A stretch of 63,803 nt of DNA, the filler included, from Folioceros fuciformis (lineage: Eukaryota): the NCBI GenBank assembly GCA_049999805.1. It is 5 parts of 4 records of this genome, joined end to end, with 100 filler letters (N's around TTAATTAATTAA, not from the genome) between each part and the next. Parts side by side here need not be neighbours in the genome. Positions count along the whole stretch, not along the records: positions 59,329 to 62,540 come from JBNGIO010006157.1; positions 62,641 to 63,803 come from JBNGIO010006205.1; 3 more parts are not named here. One strand, written 5' to 3'. Position numbers and translations under genes: made by a program. Under the pieces are notes generated by a model, which saw only the letters and a program-made list of their open reading frames with translations, did not search any database and had not been told where the DNA came from. Below are positions 60,845-63,803 of the stretch, piece by piece. Numbering within the stretch: the stretch's first letter is position 1; each line of letters starts with the position of its first letter.

Positions 60845-61534
60845 ACCGGATGTAGGATGGTTTAAGTCAGAGAGAGAGATGAGGGTTAGGAGTACAAGAG
60901 GAGAGGCCTGCCATTGAGAGGGGGCGGTCTATGGCGTGATGTCCCCGGACTTTGTGGGTAGAACTCCTGGCTTAGGGCGCTGAGCCGGTTGAGGTCGACC
61001 CAAAGTCCTGATTCCCCTTGCCACTAGGGGAACGTGGGGATCCCGGGGCTGTCAAGATCCGTGTGGCCGGATCCGCAAGGGCTACATGATTCGCAAGTTG
61101 GCTGAAGTGAAGGAACAGGACCGTGAGCTGGAGGGCTATCCAGTCCTAGATCCACACTATGCTTGAATGCTGCAAGAAGTGAAGCCGTTGTGTCCTAATT
61201 TCCAGGGGGGGAAGCTGAAGAAAAGAGAGGAAGAGTTGGAGTGAAATGCATAGAAGTGAAGAGAGAGCTGAAGGACTGAAGAGCAGGAGTGTGTGTTGAA
61301 GTGGAGGGTGGAGGACTGAAGTGAAGAGGAAGGGACTGAAGTGGGAAGCTTGAAGAGCTGAGGTGAAGGAGAAAGTGGCTGAAGTGGGAATCAAGAAGAG
61401 CTAAAGGACTGAAGAACATGAGTGTGAGTTAGGCGAGCTGACTTAGGGAGTAGGCTAGGCTTCTAGCCTTTTTGTTGTGAGTGTATGGATAGACCTATAG
61501 ACCGGCTGATAGGTAGAAGTGTGATAGGTAGTGT

Positions 61535-61580
61535 TCCTTGGCACTAGTTCACTCCCTTGGGAGTGAACTAGTGCCAAGGA
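61535..61580. repeat. Perfect 22-bp inverted repeat with a 2-nt spacer
   Basis: TCCTTGGCACTAGTTCACTCCC-TT-GGGAGTGAACTAGTGCCAAGGA. Confidence 0.95.
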
Positions 61581-62640
61581 CTGCAACGACAATAGGGGAA
61601 TGTGTGGCCCCTTGGGTGGTTCTTGGGTGCAAGAAATCACTCCACAGCGGCCCATCAGCCAGGCCGGGTGACAATGGCCTGGCTGCTGGCAGACCCGCAG
61701 GTTAGGCCTGATGGCGGCCTGGCTGCCCGACTTTGGAGCCGTGCCGTGGGTGGCTGATCCAGCCTGGTGCGGCCAAACTGGGCAGGATGGCTGTTGGTGG
61801 AATCTGGAGGTCTGTTCTTGGGCGATGGGGACAGGCCTGGCAGCTAGCTGGCTGGCTTGGAACCGGTCGGAAGGTGAGTGTTGGAGGCAGGTCGGGACAT
61901 GAGGTCGGGGTGGATCAACCAGGGGCGGTGCTGGATTCGTCTGGACTGGATGGCCGACCCTGGGGCCAACCGGAGGGCTAGCTAAGCAGGGTCTTGGAGG
62001 GACGTGGCCTGGCCAGATCCTTCCGGCCGGGTTCGGCCTGGCTGTGTGTTACTGCTCGACCAGCCGGGCTGGCTGGCTGCTAGTAGGCTAGCCGGGCCAC
62101 AGGTAGCAGAAGGGCTGCGATCGGGCTGCCTAGCTAGACCTAAGGGGAAGGCAAGCCGAGTAGGAGGCTGGCTAGTCGGGTGGGCGAAGGGTGGCTGGCG
62201 GATCCAGCCCGCTAGGAGGTCGTGTCGGAGGTGGCCTGACAGCTAGGGTTAACCTAAGTGAGGTTGAAGCCAGCAGTAGGGGCTGCAGGCTGCGGGTGGA
62301 CTGGAGGTAGCAAAACCGATCAGGCAACCTGGGCGGATGTGGAGGGCAGGAGCCGGCTTGCAGGCTGGCTGCGTTGGTCCAGCCGTCGCGGGAAGGTAGT
62401 CAACAGGTGATCTGCGGATAGATCCAGCCAGGCAGCAGCCGCCTGGCGCAGGCTGGATGGGAATCGGCTGGGTGGCCTCGAGTCGGGGAGTAGGAGCTGA
62501 GCGGGTCGTCAGCGGCCAGCCAGTCAATTGGGCTGGCTGGNNNNNNNNNNNNNNNNNNNNNNNNNNNNNNNNNNNNNNNNNNNNTTAATTAATTAANNNN
62601 NNNNNNNNNNNNNNNNNNNNNNNNNNNNNNNNNNNNNNNN

Positions 62641-63803
62641 ACCCAATGTCTCAACGACAGTGGGATAAGTGTGGCCACTAAAGGTGGGACCCGTCGGCAA
62701 TCAGTGCCCGGGGTTTTGCCTCCACATTTTTGGCGCCGTTGCCGGGGAGCGGCTTGGGAGTTTCTTTTGCTGACCGGATGGAGAGTCTAAGTTGTCCTGT
62801 AGATGTCTGGTGGAAGAGGTGATCGCAGAATTGGTAGAGGAAGAGCAGTTGTAACGCCTTCACCAAGGGATCTGCGTGCAACAAGGAGGAATTTGCTGAG
62901 AGGAGAGAGTAGCTTGACCCCTAAGGCTAGCACCCTTGTGGAGGAGGAGCTGCCTTGGTCAAGTGGAGAGCACGAATCTGAAGGGTTGATTGGTGGAGCG
63001 CGTGACATCCAGGAGGTTGGTATTACAACTGGTTGCAGGAAGGAGTCTTACAGCCAACAAGTGGGTCGTGTTGAGAGGGAGTCCGTGTTACAGTCGAGTG
63101 TTGTGCAGTCAACTCTAGGTGATACTTCAGTTGTGGTATCATTGCTGGATAGCTTGCAGTCACTTGTTGGTGGTCAGTCAGTCCCCTTGCCGGCCATTGT
63201 TCCATTGTCAGCCCCCGTAGTGGTTTCAGTAGGGGCTGTACTTCCTACGTCAAGTATCAGCCAAGTGGGTGGAGGAGTTGCTGCAAGGATGGCTGCTCCT
63301 ATTCACAGTCGTCAGCAATACGTGAAGTTTGGAGACAAGAGAAGAGGGGAGGATGCTGAATCCTTCCTAAGGACATTCGAGCATGTGTCTCGTGCCAACA
63401 TGGAGGACACTACAGCTGATCGTTTGAGGATCTTTCCAGGTTTGCTGAGAGGACAAGCTCAGCAGTGGTACAGCCGGACGTATGGAGTGACACCACCAGT
63501 GGATTGGGACAGCCTGAAGGACGATTTCTTGACCAGGTTCCGAGGTCTCAGCCATGGCCATCACACCTACGCGAGGTTGAGGACTTTGAAGCGAGGAAGG
63601 AAGGAGGATCTCTATGACTACATTGAGAGGTTCTACAGCTATGTGGACAGGATTCCACGTGGTAGGCCAGTTGTTCCGGGAGGTCCGAGTACTCCAGGGT
63701 ACACGGATGCTCAAGCTTTGGATTGGTTTGCTGGAGGACTACCCGATCGGATGGCGACCTACTGCACAAGAGGTGTGACCACTTTGCAGGAGGCTTTGAA
63801 GGC
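62641..63803 (+). mobile_element. Ty3/Gypsy (Tat/Athila-like) element: 5' LTR end, PBS, gag
   Basis: LTR ends ...TCCACA at 62726, then a TTTT spacer, then PBS TGGCGCCGTTGCCGGGGA at 62731-62748. Confidence 0.9.
62803..63803 (+). CDS. Gypsy Gag, 3'-partial; not in the ORF track because it has no stop in the window
   Basis: Open frame MSGGRGDRR...KFGDKRRGEDAESFLRTFE...LRIFPGLLRGQAQQWY...WDSLKDDFLTRF...LKRGRKEDLYDYIERF, a retrotransposon gag pattern. Confidence 0.88.
   Translation, partial: MSGGRGDRRIGRGRAVVTPSPRDLRATRRNLLRGESSLTPKASTLVEEELPWSSGEHESEGLIGGARDIQEVGITTGCRKESYSQQVGRVERESVLQSSVVQSTLGDTSVVVSLLDSLQSLVGGQSVPLPAIVPLSAPVVVSVGAVLPTSSISQVGGGVAARMAAPIHSRQQYVKFGDKRRGEDAESFLRTFEHVSRANMEDTTADRLRIFPGLLRGQAQQWYSRTYGVTPPVDWDSLKDDFLTRFRGLSHGHHTYARLRTLKRGRKEDLYDYIERFYSYVDRIPRGRPVVPGGPSTPGYTDAQALDWFAGGLPDRMATYCTRGVTTLQEALK

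Larger units (their letters stand above)
59329..62540. mobile_element. GC-rich non-coding repeat-derived contig, probably LTR/UTR of a large Gypsy element
   Basis: No credible ORF. GCTGGC-type low complexity, a purine-rich GAAG tract at 61170-61420, tandem repeats and hairpins. Scaffolded next to an LTR end. Confidence 0.45.

Overview
Eukaryotic nuclear DNA from a non-seed land plant. A hornwort, fern or lycophyte is inferred from the intron-containing MurJ gene and the PLS-class PPR genes with a WW-type PG box. Five 100-nt assembly gaps join the window; four carry an artificial TTAATTAATTAA spacer. Bases 1-21.9 kb are a nested stack of decayed retroelements: a Gypsy LTR end, two L1-like LINEs and four Copia elements. 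Bases 22-59 kb are gene-dense: RPS15A, two tandem LRAT/NC-domain genes, a condensation-fold acyltransferase-like gene, plastid MurJ, an orphan ORF, a cysteine-synthase-like PLP enzyme, a PI-PLC-X protein, two tandem PLS-PPR editing factors with truncated DYW domains, ESS2/DGCR14, a CYP74 and a partial GRAS. Bases 59.3-63.8 kb are repeat-derived and end in the LTR, PBS and gag of a Tat/Athila-like Gypsy. The most interesting items are an extra ORF upstream of gag in a Copia, the PPR pair lacking a catalytic deaminase site, the MurJ locus with its head-to-head orphan ORF, and several rearrangement scars. No RNA genes or CRISPR arrays were found. All calls are by-eye motif recognition; no searches were run.
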